From Macrostomum lignano (lineage: Eukaryota): a stretch of DNA of 64,000 nt. Made by a program: the position numbers and the translations under genes. The stretch lies in assembly GCA_002269645.1 (NCBI GenBank), contig NIVC01002437.1, positions 62,001 to 126,000 on the forward strand. The letters are read 5' to 3'. The notes below the pieces were generated by a model, which ran no database searches, was not told the origin of the DNA, and saw only the letters and a list, made by a program, of their open reading frames with translations. Numbering within the stretch: position 1 is the first letter of the stretch; every line of letters starts with the position of its first letter. Shown piece after piece: positions 1-13,500 of this stretch.

Positions 1-255
1 ATGTAAAACTACACACATTACATAAAAATGTAAAACTACACACATTACATAAAAATGTAAAACTACACACATTACAAAAAATGTAAAACTACACATTACA
101 TATAAATGTAAAACTACAAATTACATAAAAATGTAAAACTACACACATTACATAAAAATGTAAAACTACACATTACATCAAAATGTAAAACTACATATTG
201 CATCAAAATGTAAAACTACACACATTACATAAAAATGTAAAACTACACATTACGT
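1..255. repeat. AT-rich ~27-31 bp minisatellite (atgtaaaactacacacattacataaaa), in an intron of the SLC5 gene
   Basis: About 8-9 imperfect tandem copies read directly; the array runs off the window start. Confidence 0.9.
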
Positions 256-279
256 AAAGAAACATTACAACAATTGCAG

Positions 280-3200
280 GGAGCCGCTGCTGGTCACCTT
301 GTCAGTCAGATATTCGTATTCTGGATCGGATTCGGCTACTATGTGCATGGAGTCCAAGCTCCCACCAAGCCTATGTACACCTACAACTGCACCTCGCACC
401 CAGAAGCTGGACTCAACTCGAGCAGCACTGTTGGCGCCACGACTGCTACATCTCCTGCGACCACCGCTGTGCCAAGGTGCGCCGATTTTACCTGCTTGAT
501 TTATACTACGGCTCGTACTTCTAAAGCAGATTGAGTAGATCATATGCAAAGTAGAGATAAATGTCTAAATAGATACTCGTATCTATGTAGAATAGATATC
601 TTTTATAATATATATAAACGATTATATCTATAATTAGATATTTATAAACTAAATTTCAGCGAGCCTTACATCCTGCCGGCTTACAAAGTGTCTTACACCT
701 GGTATGCAATGTACGGATGGTTGACCGCCATTCTGGTTGGCCTTGTGGTTAGCCTGCTGACCAGAGGTGAGTGGCATGCAGCTGCTTTTGAGCTTTTCTT
801 CTCATTTGAGTAGCTTTCTACCCATTTCGGTAGCTGTCTATTCAATCGGGTAGATTTCTACTCATTTGGGTAGCTTTCTACCCATTTCAGTAGCTGTCTA
901 TTCAATCGGGTAGATTTCGACTCATTTCGATAGCTTTCTACTCATTTGGGTAGCTTTCTACTCATTTATGTAGCTTTCTACTCATCTATGTAGCTATCTA
1001 CTTATTGATGTAGATGTCTACTCATTTAAGTTGCTTTCTACTCATTTGGGTAGCTTTCTACTCATTTATGTAGCTTTCTACTCATTTATGTAGCTATCTA
1101 CTCATTTATGTAGCTTTCTACTCATCTATGTAGCTATCTACTTATTTATGTAGATGTCTACTCATTTAAGTTGCTTTCTACTCATTTGGGTAGCTTTCTA
1201 CTAATTTGGGTAGCTTTCTACTAATTTGGGTAGCTTTCTACTCATTTGGGTAGCTTTCTACTCATTTGGGTAGCTTTCTACTCATTTGGGTAGCTTTCTA
1301 CTCATTTGGGTAGCTTTCTACTCATTTGGGTAGCTTTCTACTCATTTGGGTAGCTTTCTACTCATTTGGGTAGCTTTCTACTCATTTGGGTAGCTTTCTA
1401 CTCATTTGGGTAGCTTTCTACTCATTTGGGTAGCTTTCTACTCATTTGGGTAGCTTTCTACTCATTTGGGTAGCTTTCTACTCATTTGGGTAGCTTTCTA
1501 CTCATTTGGGTAGCTTTCTACTCATTTATGTAGCTATCTACTTATTGATGTAGATGTCTACTGATTTAAGTAGCTTCCTACTCTGATACATGTAGGTAGC
1601 ATTCTTTTCATTTAGATAGCTTATTTTACTCATTTGGTCACCTACTCGAACAAATCTCAACTTTCCAGACAAGGAGGCTGAAAAGAACATCCCCAGAGAC
1701 TACTTCACCCCGATGGTTCGACATTTCATGAAGCCGACGCCTGAGGATATTCAGCGCCAGATGAGCCAGCAGAAGGAACAGCAGGAACTGGAGTTTGACA
1801 AGGCCGTGTCCATACTCAAGCAGGATCGCGAGAACAATGGGAAATATGAATTTGAGATGGCACCAGCGGAACTGGTAGGCCTCCACAATCAGTTTGCTCA
1901 GATACTAGACCTGTCACTTCATCATTCACCAGATACTAGACCTGTCACTTCATCATTCACCAGATACTAGACCTGTCACTTCATCATTCACCAGATACTA
2001 GACCTGTCACTTCATCATTCACCAGATACTAGACCTGTCACTTCATCATTCACCAGATACTAGACCTGTCACTTCATCATTCACCAGATACTAGACCTGT
2101 CACTTCATCATTCACCAGATACTAGACCTGTCACTTCATCATTCACCAGATACTAGACCTGTCACTTCATCATTCACCAGATACTAGAACTGTCACTTCA
2201 TCATTCACCAGATACTAGAACTGTCACTTCATCATTCACCAGATACTAGACCTGTCACTTCATCATTCACCAGATACTAGAGCTGTCATCTCATCATTCA
2301 CCAGATACTAGAGCTGTCACCTCATCATTCACCATATACTAGAGCTGTCACCTCATCATTCACCAGATACTAGAGCTGTCACCTCATCATTCACCAGATA
2401 CTAGACCTGTCACTTCATCATTCACCAGATACTAGAGCTGTCACTTCATCATTCACCAGATACTAGACCTGTCACTTCATCATTCACCAGATACTAGACC
2501 TGTCACTTCATCATTCACCAGATACTAGACCTGTCACTTCATCATTCACCAGATACTAGAACTGTCACTTCATCATTCACCAGATACTAGAACTGTCACT
2601 TCATCATTCACCAGATACTAGACCTGTCACTTCATCATTCACCAGATACTAGAGCTGTCACCTCATCATTCACCAGATACTAGAGCTGTCACCTCATCAT
2701 TCACCATATACTAGAGCTGTCACCTCATCATTCACCAGATACTAGAGCTGTCACCTCATCATTCACCAGATACTAGACCTGTCACTTCATCATTCACCAG
2801 ATACTAGACCTGTCACTTCATCATTCACCAGATACTAGACCTGTCACTTCATCATTCACCAGATACTAGACCTGTCACTTCATCATTCACCAGATACTAG
2901 ACCTGTCACTTCATCATTCACCAGATACTAGAACTGTCACTTCATCATTCACCAGATACTAGACCTGTCACTTCATCATTCACCAGATACTAGAGCTGTC
3001 ACCTCATCATTCACCAGATACTAGAGCTGTCACCTCATCATTCACCAGATACTAGAGCTGTCACCTCATCATTCACCAGATACTAGACCTGTCACCTCAT
3101 CATTCACCATATACTAGAGCTGTCACCTCATCATTCACCAGATACTAGAGCTGTCACCTCATCATTCACCAGATACTAGAGCTGTCACCTCATCATTCAC

Positions 3201-3944
3201 CAGATACTAGACCTGTCACTTCATCATTCACCAGATACTAGACCTGTCACTTCATCATTCACCAGATACTAGACCTGTCACTTCATCATTCACCAGATAC
3301 TAGACCTGTCACTTCATCATTCACCAGATACTAGACCTGTCACTTCATCATTCACCAGATACTAGAACTGTCACTTCATCATTCACCAGATACTAGACCT
3401 GTCACTTCATCATTCACCAGATACTAGAGCTGTCACCTCATCATTCACCAGATACTAGAGCTGTCACCTCATCATTCACCAGATACTAGAGCTGTCACCT
3501 CATCATTCACCAGATACTAGACCTGTCACCTCATCATTCACCATATACTAGAGCTGTCACCTCATCATTCACCAGATACTAGAGCTGTCACCTCATCATT
3601 CACCAGATACTAGACCTGTCACTTCATCATTCACCAGATACTAGAGCTGTCACCTTATCATTCACCAGATACTAGAGCTGGCACCTCATCATTCACCAGA
3701 TACTAGACCTGTCACCTCATCATTCACCATATACTAGAGCTGTCACCTCATCATTCACCAGATACTAGACCTGTCACTTCATCATTCACCAGATACTAGA
3801 GCTGTCACCTTATCATTCACCAGATACTAGAGCTGGCACCTCATCATTCACCAGAAAGGTTCAAATTTTTCAATTTTTTAACCATTTTAGCCAAGCCAGT
3901 CCGCAACAGCTGAAACAGTTAACGGCTGGAATTCGAGACTTTGA
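280..3944 (+). CDS. SLC5 family Na+/solute symporter (SMVT/SMCT/NIS-like), last four coding exons; 5' part lies outside the window
   Basis: Exons 280-476, 660-766, 1669-1874 and 3891-3944 all have AG/GT boundaries with compatible phases (2,1,0). Translation GAAAGHLVSQIFVFWIGFG...YKVSYTWYAMYGWLTAILVGLVVSLLTRG...NGWNSRL* matches the last TM helices (SY.WY motif) and a PDZ-type -xRL tail of SLC5A5/6/8/12-like proteins. The last exon is the least certain. Confidence 0.8.
800..1630. repeat. 20-bp minisatellite (gtagctttctactcatttgg) in SLC5 intron
   Basis: Near-perfect 20-bp period at 1200-1520, degenerate at the edges. Confidence 0.95.
1898..3854. repeat. 31-bp minisatellite (ccagatactagacctgtcacttcatcattca) filling SLC5 intron
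   Basis: 31-bp period over ~1.95 kb with a few recurring variants (gacc/gagc/gaac, ctt/cct). Confidence 0.97.
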
Positions 3945-4185
3945 TGCTCGACCTGGTGTTGGATCAAGACATGATTAATGTACGAAGAATATCTGCAGAT
4001 ATTTTTACAATATAACGGATCAACTGTTACCTATTATAAAATTCTGTATTAATTTTTATTGACAATACATAATAATTGCCCTAATTAAAGCGTGGCTGTT
4101 AAACGTTCCTTTGGATTTAAAGGTCTGTTAAAAAAGTAAAAATGCTAACTGGCACATGTTGAACTCTGTGTTTGAGGATCTGTGC

Positions 4186-4560
4186 TCACCGACCTGTGCT
4201 CACCGACCTGTGCTCATCGACCTGTGTTCATCGACCTGTGCTCATCGACCTGTGCTCCTTGACCTGTGCTCATCGACCTGTGCTCATCAACCTGTGCTCA
4301 TCAACCAGTGCTTATAGACTACTCTTCAGAAGCCTGTTTTCACACACACTTTTATTCACACACACTTTTATTCACACACTCCTGTATTCACAAACACACT
4401 CCTGTATTCACCCACCTGTATTCACACAACTGTACACAACTATATTCACACACACACATACACACACACACACACCTGTATTCACTCACACCTGTGTTCA
4501 CACACACACATGCAGTCACTCACGCCTGTATTCACACACCTGATTTCATACACACCTGTA
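4186..4560. repeat. 14-bp repeat (cgacctgtgctcat) followed by CA-rich cacacctgtatt repeat
   Basis: Tandem copies read directly; the ORFs over this region are low-complexity artefacts. Confidence 0.85.
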
Positions 4561-5461
4561 AGCTAGTATTTGCATGCCGTATTCACAAAACTATTTTCAT
4601 GTACATTGCCGTAGAAAGAACGCCATTCGATCCCCGAGCAACATTGCGCAATTTACAGCAACTAGGAAGCAGCTTTGGGCTATACCAAATCTATTAGCAT
4701 TACTTTTACACTTGAAGGAAATCAACAAGCCCCCCCCCATCGAGAGTTCAAGTTGGATACTTATATATAAAAAGAACGGTGCAAAAAGGCTTTATAGCAA
4801 TTGACGAAGTTTCTTAGCTGGCGGCGCAGTTGGTGGCCTAAAGGACGTCAATTAATAGACCTGGAAATTGGTTGTACAGTATACAAGCGAGAAGGTAAGA
4901 AGCGCCTCATATTTATGCATAATATAAGCTTGATTTCTATACATTAATTGCTTTTTTGGCGGACAAAAAGCACCGCGGTTTGCTTGCTCGTATATTCAAA
5001 TAAAGTTCCACTCATCGGCATTCTGTTTTTGTTCTGCAGCCTACTAGTTGATTGTTGCAGCAAGGTTTAGCAAGAGTATTGGCTAAACAAATTAGTGTCA
5101 CCTGCACGGACCTGTTAGATCGGGTGTTGCAGTTCCCGAGTCACAGATTGTTAATATAGATTAGCAAAACATTTATGGAGCTCTTCAGTATACACACAAT
5201 AGGAAGGCTTCAACTGCTCAATACTTATAAAGAACTCACAGGCTCTCAGTCTATACCAAAGATCTTATGCGAGCGTATTCCCTAGATGGGCCACTTTGAA
5301 GACGTAAAGACAGTCTCTGACTGTTTTTAGGGCTGCCTTACTGGCGGCGTTTCTCGGGTTGTGCACAATCCAATTGAGTTGCCCACTCGGGCGCTCAATT
5401 CTAAAGTGGCCTCGCCGGAGGTGAAGTCCACTCCAAAAGAAACTCCTTTCTTATCTGCCCC

Positions 5462-6000
5462 GCCTTGGTTCTAGGGGGCGGGGGTGTACCTGGAGTGAAT
5501 GTGATGCTGGACTGCAGTGTGGCTAGATCGGGACTTGAGCCCCCCGGTTGCACCCACCCAGCAGGAAAGACGACCATCACAAAAGTGTACGGTAGAGCCC
5601 AGTTGATGCCAGACCTGAGGTTGAGCCCCAGAGGTCGTGTGATCCTCCTCTATTTGTTTTTATCCCCGCTTTTGGTTTTATCTTTTGGTCATGTGCCAAC
5701 CCCAAAATTAGGAGTTATGATCTCTGCCTTTTGGTATTCCATCCGCTCCCTCGGTCCATCTACTGTCTCCTCTGGTTGTCTCCCTGCTTTTGTGTCTCAG
5801 GGAGTAAATGGGAGGAGCACCTGAACCCTAAACCCGGGGCTCAGCCTCAGGGCTGGCATCAACTGGGCTCTACCATACACCTTCGTGAATGGTCATTCTT
5901 TCCTGCAGGGCGGGTGCGACCGGGGGGCTCAAGTCCCGTTCTAGCCACACTGCAGTCCAGAATCCCAACTCACTCCAGGTACACCCCCCTAAACCAAGGC
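5462..6000. repeat. Imperfect inverted repeat, arms ~5462-5654 and ~5805-6000, spacer ~150 bp
   Basis: The reverse complement of 5481-5630 aligns with 5836-5990 (e.g. ggctcaagtcccg[a/t]tctagccacactgcagtccag; ggcatcaactgggctctacc). Confidence 0.85.
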
Positions 6001-6469
6001 CGATGGCCAAAAAATTGGAGCTAATTAGAATGCATGAGTCAGAGTCAGAGACCGCCTTTACGTAGACTTCACATTCATCTGTATAATTCACACGTCTCTA
6101 TTTACACACCTGTATTTACCCACATGTATTCACACACCTGTTGAAATTTGTAGCCATTTCCATCCTATGCCTTCTAGTGCAATTCCACCAATGCACTTTT
6201 ATCCACCCGCTGATTTGCTAAACGCAGGCTACCAATAGCAGCCTAAGATCACGCTGTACATTTAATATACGAAAGTAGGAAGCAGTCTCACCCCCTCTCT
6301 CCTCCTCCTTTTCCCGATCTTAGTAGCTAACCGACTTAAAACACTATAGTAACAACTGATTGAACCTTAGAATCGACTACCTGACTACAGGCATCGGCCT
6401 TGGGCAACAGACCTCCAGAAAAGTATCGATAAGTATCTCAACCTTGACTGCTTCGTACTTAGTAAACTG

Positions 6470-6694
6470 ATTGCTCAGCATCGTTGCGACTGTGTATCTC
6501 AATATCTGGAATACCGATTAGAATATAACACCCACAAGAGAAGGTTTAACACCGCAGGAAAATAGTCGACCGTGTTGACTACCAATTTATATTATATCCA
6601 ACAGCAAATAATAGTGACCCATAGGGCCAAAGAGGAAGCAAAAGTATTCCCACACACCTGTATTCACATACACCTGTATTCACACACCTGTATT

Positions 6695-6727
<33 letters not shown>

Positions 6728-7175
6728 GTATCCACACACACGCACCTGTATTAACACACACCTGTATCCACACACACACCTGTATCCGCACACACACCTG
6801 TATCCGCACACACACACACCTGTATTCACATACACCTGTAGTCACACACACCTGTATTCACATACACCTGTAGTCACACACACCTGTATTCACATACACC
6901 TGTAGTCACACACACCTGTATTCACACCTGTAGTCACACACACCTGTATTCACATACACCTGTAGTCACACACACCTGTAGTCACACACACCTGTATTCA
7001 CATACACCTGTAGTCACACACACCTGTATTCACATACACCTGTAGTCACACGCACCTGTATTCACATACACCTGTAGTCACACACACCTGTATTCACATA
7101 CACCTGTAGTCACACACACCTGTATTCACATACACCTGTATTCACATACACCTGTATTCACATACACGAGCACGA
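6470..7175. repeat. Dispersed repeat copy 1: ~185 bp unique head (attgctcagcatcgttgcgactg...aaagtattccc) plus CA-rich cacacctgta[g/t]tcacata minisatellite ending in acacgagc
   Basis: The head is nearly identical to 14379-14570, and the same minisatellite and terminal motif follow in both. Confidence 0.85.
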
Positions 7176-7509
7176 GCAAAACATCCTACCGCCCTGTATG
7201 GGCAACTTACGAGACACGAGTATATTTGGAAAGCATTCGAAAAAACACCTTTTGGAGGAGTAAAAGGTAAACGAAGCGAAAGGAAAAAAAAGTTGCAGGA
7301 ATTGCGAGAAAGGGGGGCTAAAAGCAGAAAAAAACGCACGCAAGCTGGCGAGGAGAGATAGGCTGAGGCGGGCACAACGCACGGGGCTAAAAAGGCCCCA
7401 CAGACACCCACCCCCGGACCAAGCACCCCCAAACACGGGCGACGACAAGCCCCCCCGGCCCCGCTAACAGCGATTGGCCAGCCAATGTACACTTATTGTG
7501 AGTGGCCAG

Positions 7510-7667
7510 GATCGGCCGTTAGGCGCCCTCTGATTTGACATTCACGCCCTGAGAGTGTACATGTAGCTATTAATACACTATTAGTTAGGGCGGGCAAAAA
7601 TGCCATTTCCAGTTCGAACTGAGCAGTAAGAGAGACAGGAGAGAACTAGTTGACTGCTTCTCTGCCA
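7510..7667. repeat. ~157-bp dispersed repeat, copy 1 (copy 2 at 17649-17807)
   Basis: ggatcggccgttaggcgccctctgatttgacattcacgccc...gactgcttctctgcca is present twice with few differences. Confidence 0.85.
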
Positions 7668-7957
7668 ATTTTTCTTTTCCAATTTTCCCCTTTGCAGTCT
7701 GCATGAATGATCCCTTCGACAATCTGCAGTTCCCCTCAGCATCTGCTGTTCTCCTCTCTTTTTCGGCAGAGCCAATGTACAGTTAAGAGAAATCTATAAA
7801 TAGCAGTTGTCTATGCAGTCCGCCATTCAGCCAGGGTCAGAATGTACACACTGAGCATTATTTTAATTTCAATACTTTTAAAATGCACTGGCTGATTTCT
7901 CTCTCCCTCCCTCCCGCAATGCTTGGCACACTGCCTCCATCATAATTAGAATTGGAA

Positions 7958-10503
7958 CTAGCAATCTTCGCCCCCCGTTGGGGGACATCTGTATAGAATC
8001 TCTGTTCTCTACAAGTAATAAGAAGATAGCCAAATAAAGCTTTCACAAAGAAAACAAACAAACTACTCAAATGAAGTGCAATGCAAAAAAAATCATCCCA
8101 AGACAGCAAGCATCCCCCAGATAGCAAGCATCCCCCAGATTGCAAGCATCAACCAAATAGCAAGCATCCCCCAGATAGCAAGCATCCCCAGATAGCAAGC
8201 ATCCCCCAGATAGCAAGCATCCCCCAGATAGCAAGCACCCCCTAGATAGCAAGAATCCCCCAGATAGATAGCATCCCCAAATAGCAAGCATCCACCAGAC
8301 AATAAGTAGCTAGTGCGACAATTTCCTTAGCATTATAGTGGCTCCTTTAAAATTCACTCACTTTTACATTTTGAATTGTGTATCTTTTATGTTTGACATA
8401 GTGGCTCTTTTATGTTTGAAATGAAGTCACTTATATGTTTGACATGGTGAATCTTTTAAATGTTTTACAGGTTGGCTCTTTAATTTTCAACATGGTGGCT
8501 CTTTTATGTTCTACATGGTGGCTCTTTTATATCAGACATGGTGGCTCTTTTATGTTCTACATGGTGGTTATTTTATGTTCGACATGGTGGCTCCTTTATG
8601 TTCAACATGGTGGCTCCTTTATGTTCGACATGGTGGCTCTTTAATGTTTGACATGGTGGCTTTTTAATGTTTGACATAGTGGCTCTTTAATATTCAACAA
8701 AGTGGCTCTTTAATGTTTGACATAATGACTCTTTAATGTTCAAAATGGTGGCTCTTTAATGTTTGACATGGTGGCTCGCTAATGTTTGACATGGTGGCTC
8801 TTTAACGTTCGACATGGTGGCTCTTTAATGTTCGACATGGTGGCTCTTTAATGTTTGACATGGTAGCTCTTTAATGTTCGAAATGGTTGTTTTTTTGTTT
8901 TACATTGTGGCTCTTTAATGCTCAACATTGTGGCTCTTTAATGTTCAACATAGTGGCTCTTTAATGTTCGACACGATGGCACTTTAATGTTTGACATGGT
9001 GGCTCTTTAATGTTTGACATGGTAGCTCTTTAATGTTCGACACGATGGCACTTTAAAGTTTGACATGGTGGTTCTTTAATGTTTGATATGGTAGCTCTTT
9101 AATGTTCGACATGGTGGCTCTTTAATGGTCGAAATGTTTTTTTTTGTTTTATAGTGGCTCTTTAATGTTCAACATGGTAGCTCTTTTTGTTTGAAATAAA
9201 GTCTCTTATATGTTTGACATGGTGGCTCTTTAATGTTCAGCATGATGGCTCTTTAATGTTCAACATGAAGTCACGTATATGTTTGATATAGAGTCACATA
9301 TATGTTTTACATAGTGGCTCTTTTATGTTTGACATGGTGGCTCTTTTATGTTTGAAATGGTGGCTCTTTAATGTTTGACATGGTGGCTCTTTTCTGCTTG
9401 ACATGATGGTTCTTTTATGTTTGAAATGGTAGCTCTTTAATGTTTGATATAGTGGCTCTTTTATGTTTGAAATGGTGGCTCTTTAATGTTTGACATGGTG
9501 GCTCTTTAATGTCAACATAGTGGCTCCTTTATGTTCAACATGAATGGCTCTTTTATATTAGACATGGTGGCCCTTTAATGTTTGACATGGTGGCTCTTTT
9601 CTGGTTGACATGATGGTTCTTTTATGTTTGAAATGGTAGCTCTTTAATGTTTGATATAGTGGCTCTTTAATGTTTGACATGGTGGCTCTATTATGTTTAC
9701 ATGGTAACTCTTTAATTTTTGACATTGTGGCCCTTTAATGTTCGAAATGGTGGCTCTTTAATGTTTGACATGGTAGCTCTTTAATGTTCGACATGGTGGC
9801 TCTAATGTTGGACATTGTGGCTCTTTTATGTTTGACATGGTGGCTCTTTGATGTTTGACATGGTGGCTCTTTAATGTTCGACATGGAGGCACGTATATGC
9901 TTGGCATGATGGCCCTTTTATGTTTAGCATTTTGTGTTTTTAGGGTGTTTTAACAAAAAAATTATTTTGCTCTACTAAGATTCGAACCCAGGTCACTACA
10001 TTAGCAGTCCAGTCTACTCGCATCTAGGCTATCTCTTTTTAATTTGAGAACATGAATTGTGGCCCTTATAATTCAATTCTTACAGCAAGTCAATTGGAGT
10101 AAAAAGTTATGACATAATCAATTTCTCAGTCAGCCAGTATCAGTCCCAATTTAAGTTAGCAATATTGGTTACGCAATTTCTATCAAGTCGTGTGTGCATT
10201 TCTTTGACACTGTTTTCAACTTTTTGTGATGCAATCTTTATCACAATCGGAATTCAGTCAGTCAGTTTTTTCTCTAGCATTCTTACAATGCATTTCAAGT
10301 CAAAAATTTGGCTTGACCTTTGCAAAAAAGCATGTTTTTCGAATAATTAATCCCTTTAAAATTGAGCAATTTCTTAGCCAAGATGCATGTACCGTCCCAG
10401 AAAAATTTCTGATCAAATGGTGCAAGTTTGAAGAAAATCGGTTAAGCCGTTTTTTCTGAAATCTATCTCACAGAGACACACATTTCATTTTTAGTATATA
10501 GGA
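7958..10503 (-). mobile_element. Non-autonomous Helitron, copy 1
   Basis: On the minus strand: 5' end TCCTATATACTAAAAATG; 3' end GC hairpin (cccccaacggggg) ~10 nt before CTAG, followed by T. It carries an 18-bp (cccccagatagcaagcat, ~8095-8300) and a ~22-bp (tgtttgacatggtggctcttta, ~8390-9920) minisatellite. No Rep/helicase ORF. Confidence 0.8.
9972..10035 (-). other. tRNA-Ser(GCT)-like / SINE-head-like fragment inside Helitron copy 1 (second copy ~13239-13302)
   Basis: Minus strand gatagcctagatgcg...tggactgctaat...tgggttcgaatc gives an A-box-like motif, the Ser(GCT)-type anticodon arm TGGACTGCTAAT, a B-box GGTTCGAATC and a downstream T-run. It is not a full cloverleaf, so not called a tRNA gene. 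Confidence 0.55.
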
Positions 10504-13500
10504 CTAGCAATCTTCGCCCCCCGTTGGGGGACATCTGTATAGAATATCTGCTCTCTACAAGTAACAAAAAGATAGCCAAATAAAGCATTCACAAAGAAAA
10601 CAGACAAAATACTTAAATGAAGTGCAATGCAAAAAGACAGCAAGCATCCCCCAGATAGCAAGCATCCCCCAGATAGCAAGCATCCCCCAGATAGCAAGCA
10701 TCCCCCAGATAGCAAGCATCCCCCAGATAGCAAGCATCCCCCAGATAGCAAGCATCTCCCAGATAGCAAGCATCCCCCAGATAGCAAGCATCCCCCAGAT
10801 AGCAAGCATCCCCCAGATAGCAAGCATCCCCCAGATAGCAAGCATCCCCAGATAGATAGCATCCCCCAAATAGCAAGCATCCCCCAGATAGATAGCATCC
10901 CCCAAATAGCAAGCATCCCCCAGATAGCAAGCATCCCCAAGGTAGCAAGCACCCCCAGATAGCAAGCATCCCCCAGATAGCAAGCACCCCCAGATAGCAA
11001 GGATCCCCCAGAAAGCAAGCATCCCCAAGATAGCAAGCTTCCCCCAGATAGCAAGCATCCCCCAGATAGCAAGCATCTTCCAGAGAGCAAGCTCCCCCAG
11101 ATAGATAGCATCCCCAAATAGCAAGCATCCACCAGACAATAAGTAGCTAGTGCGACAATTTCCTTAGCATTATAGTGGCTCCTTTAAAATTCGCTTACTT
11201 TTACGTTTGAAATTGTGTATCTTTTATGTTTGGCATGGTGGCTCTTTAATGTTTGACATGGTGGCTCTTTTATGTTGACATGGTGGCTCTTTTATACTTG
11301 ACATGGTGGCTCTTTACTGTTCGAAATGGTGGCTCTTTTATGTTTGACATGGTGGCTCTTTTAGGTTTGAGATGATGGCACTATTATGTTTTGACATAGT
11401 GGCTCTTTAATGTTTGACATGGTAGCTCTTAAATGTTTGACATGGTAGCTCTTTTATGTTTGACATGGTGGCTCTTTATTGTTTGACATGGTGGCTCTTT
11501 AATGTTTAACCTGGTGGCTCTTTTATGTTTGACACGGTGGCTTTTATTGTCTGACATGGTGGCTCTTTTATGTTTTACATGGTGGCTCTTTATTGTTTGA
11601 CATGGTGGCTCTTTAATGTTTAACCTGGTGGCTCCTTATGTTTGACACGGCGGCTCTCTAATGTTTGACATAGTGGCTATTTAATGTTCGAAATGGTGGC
11701 TCTTTAAAGTTTGACATAAAGTCACAAATATGTTTGAGATGGTGGCTCTTAAATGTTTGACATGGTGGCTCTTAAATGTTTGACATGGTGGCTCTTTAAT
11801 GTTCTTCATGGTGGCTCTTCAATATTCTACATGGTGGCTCTTTTATGTTCGACATGGTGGCTTTTTAATGTTTGACATGGTGGCTCTTTTATGTTTGACA
11901 TGGTGGCTCTTTACTGTTTGAAATGGACAATGGTGGCTCTTTAATGTTCTACATGGTAACTCTTTTATGTTTGATACGGTGGCTTTTTAATGTCTGACAT
12001 GGTGGCTCTTAAATGTTAGACAAAGTGGCTTTTTAATGTTTGACATGGTGGCTCTTTTATGTTTGACATGGTGGCTCTTTACTGTTTGAAATGATGGCTC
12101 TTTAATGTTCGAAATGGTGGCTCTTTTATGTTTGACATGGTGGCTCTTTACTGTTTGAAATGATGGCTCTTTAATGTTCGAAATGGTGGCTCTTTTATGT
12201 TTGACATGATGGCACTTTTATGTTTTGACATAGTGGCTCTTTAATGTTTGACATGGTAGCTCTTAAATGTTTGACATGGTAGCTCTTAAATGTTTGACAT
12301 GGTAGCTCTTAAATGTTTGACATGGTAGCTCTTAAATGTTTGACATGGTAGCTCTTTTATGTTCAACATGGTGGCTCTTTATTTTTTGACATGGTGGCTC
12401 TTTAATGTTTAACCTGGTGGCTCTTTTATGTTTGACACGGTGGCTTTTAATGTCTGACATGATGGCATTTTTATGTTTTGACATAGTGGCTCTTTAATGT
12501 TTGACATGGTGGCTCTTAAATGTTTAACCTGGTGACTCTTTTATGTTTGACATGGCGGCTCTCTAATGTTTGACAAAGTGGCTATTTAATGTTCGAAATG
12601 GTGGCTCTTGAAAGTTTGACATAAAGTCACATATATGTTTGAGATGGTGGCTCCTAAATGTTTGACATGGTGGCTCTTTACTGTTTGAAATGGTGGCTCT
12701 TTAATGTTCTACATGGTAACTCTTTTATGTTCGACATGGTGGCTTTTTAATGTCTGACATGGTGGCTCCCAAATGTTTGACACGGTGGCTCTTTAATGTT
12801 CTTCATGGTGGCTCTTTAATATTCTACATGGTGGCTCTTTTATGTTTGATACGGTGGCTTTTTAATGTCTGACATGGTGGCTATTTTATGTTTGACATGG
12901 TGGCTCTTCTATGTTTAACATGGTGGCTCTTTTATGTTTGACACGGTGGCTCTTTAATGTTCGACAAAGTGGCTATTTGATGTTTGATATGGTGACACTT
13001 AAATGTTTGACATAAAGTCACATAAATGTTAGACGTGGTGGCTCGTTTAGTTTTGACATGGTGGCTTTTTAATCGTTGACATGGAGTCACGTATATGTTT
13101 GACATAGTGCTTATTTTATGTTTGGCATGGGTGCTCTTTTATGTTTGACATGGTGGCTCTTCTATGTTTGACATTCCGCTTCTATTATGTTTAGCAGTTT
13201 TGTGTTTTTAAGGTGTTTTGATAAAAAAATCTTTTTGCACTACTAAGATTCGAACCCAGGTCGCTACATTAGCATTCCAGTCTGTTTGCATCTTGGCTAT
13301 CTATTTTCAATTGGAGAACATGAATTGTGGCCCTTATAATTCAATTCTTACAGCAAGTCAATTGGAGTAAAAAGTTATGACATAATCAATTTCTCAGTCA
13401 GCCAGTATCAGTCTCAATTTGAGTTAGCAATATGGTTACGCAATTTCATTCAAGTCGTGTGTGCATTTCTTCGGCACTGTTTTCAACTTGTTGTGATGCA

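Noticed and set aside
5113-6092. Possible solo LTR (TGT...ACA) with a protease-like minus ORF 5870-6091
   Set aside because: No TSD (ggacc vs cgtct), no second LTR, and no intact DSG/DTG motif.
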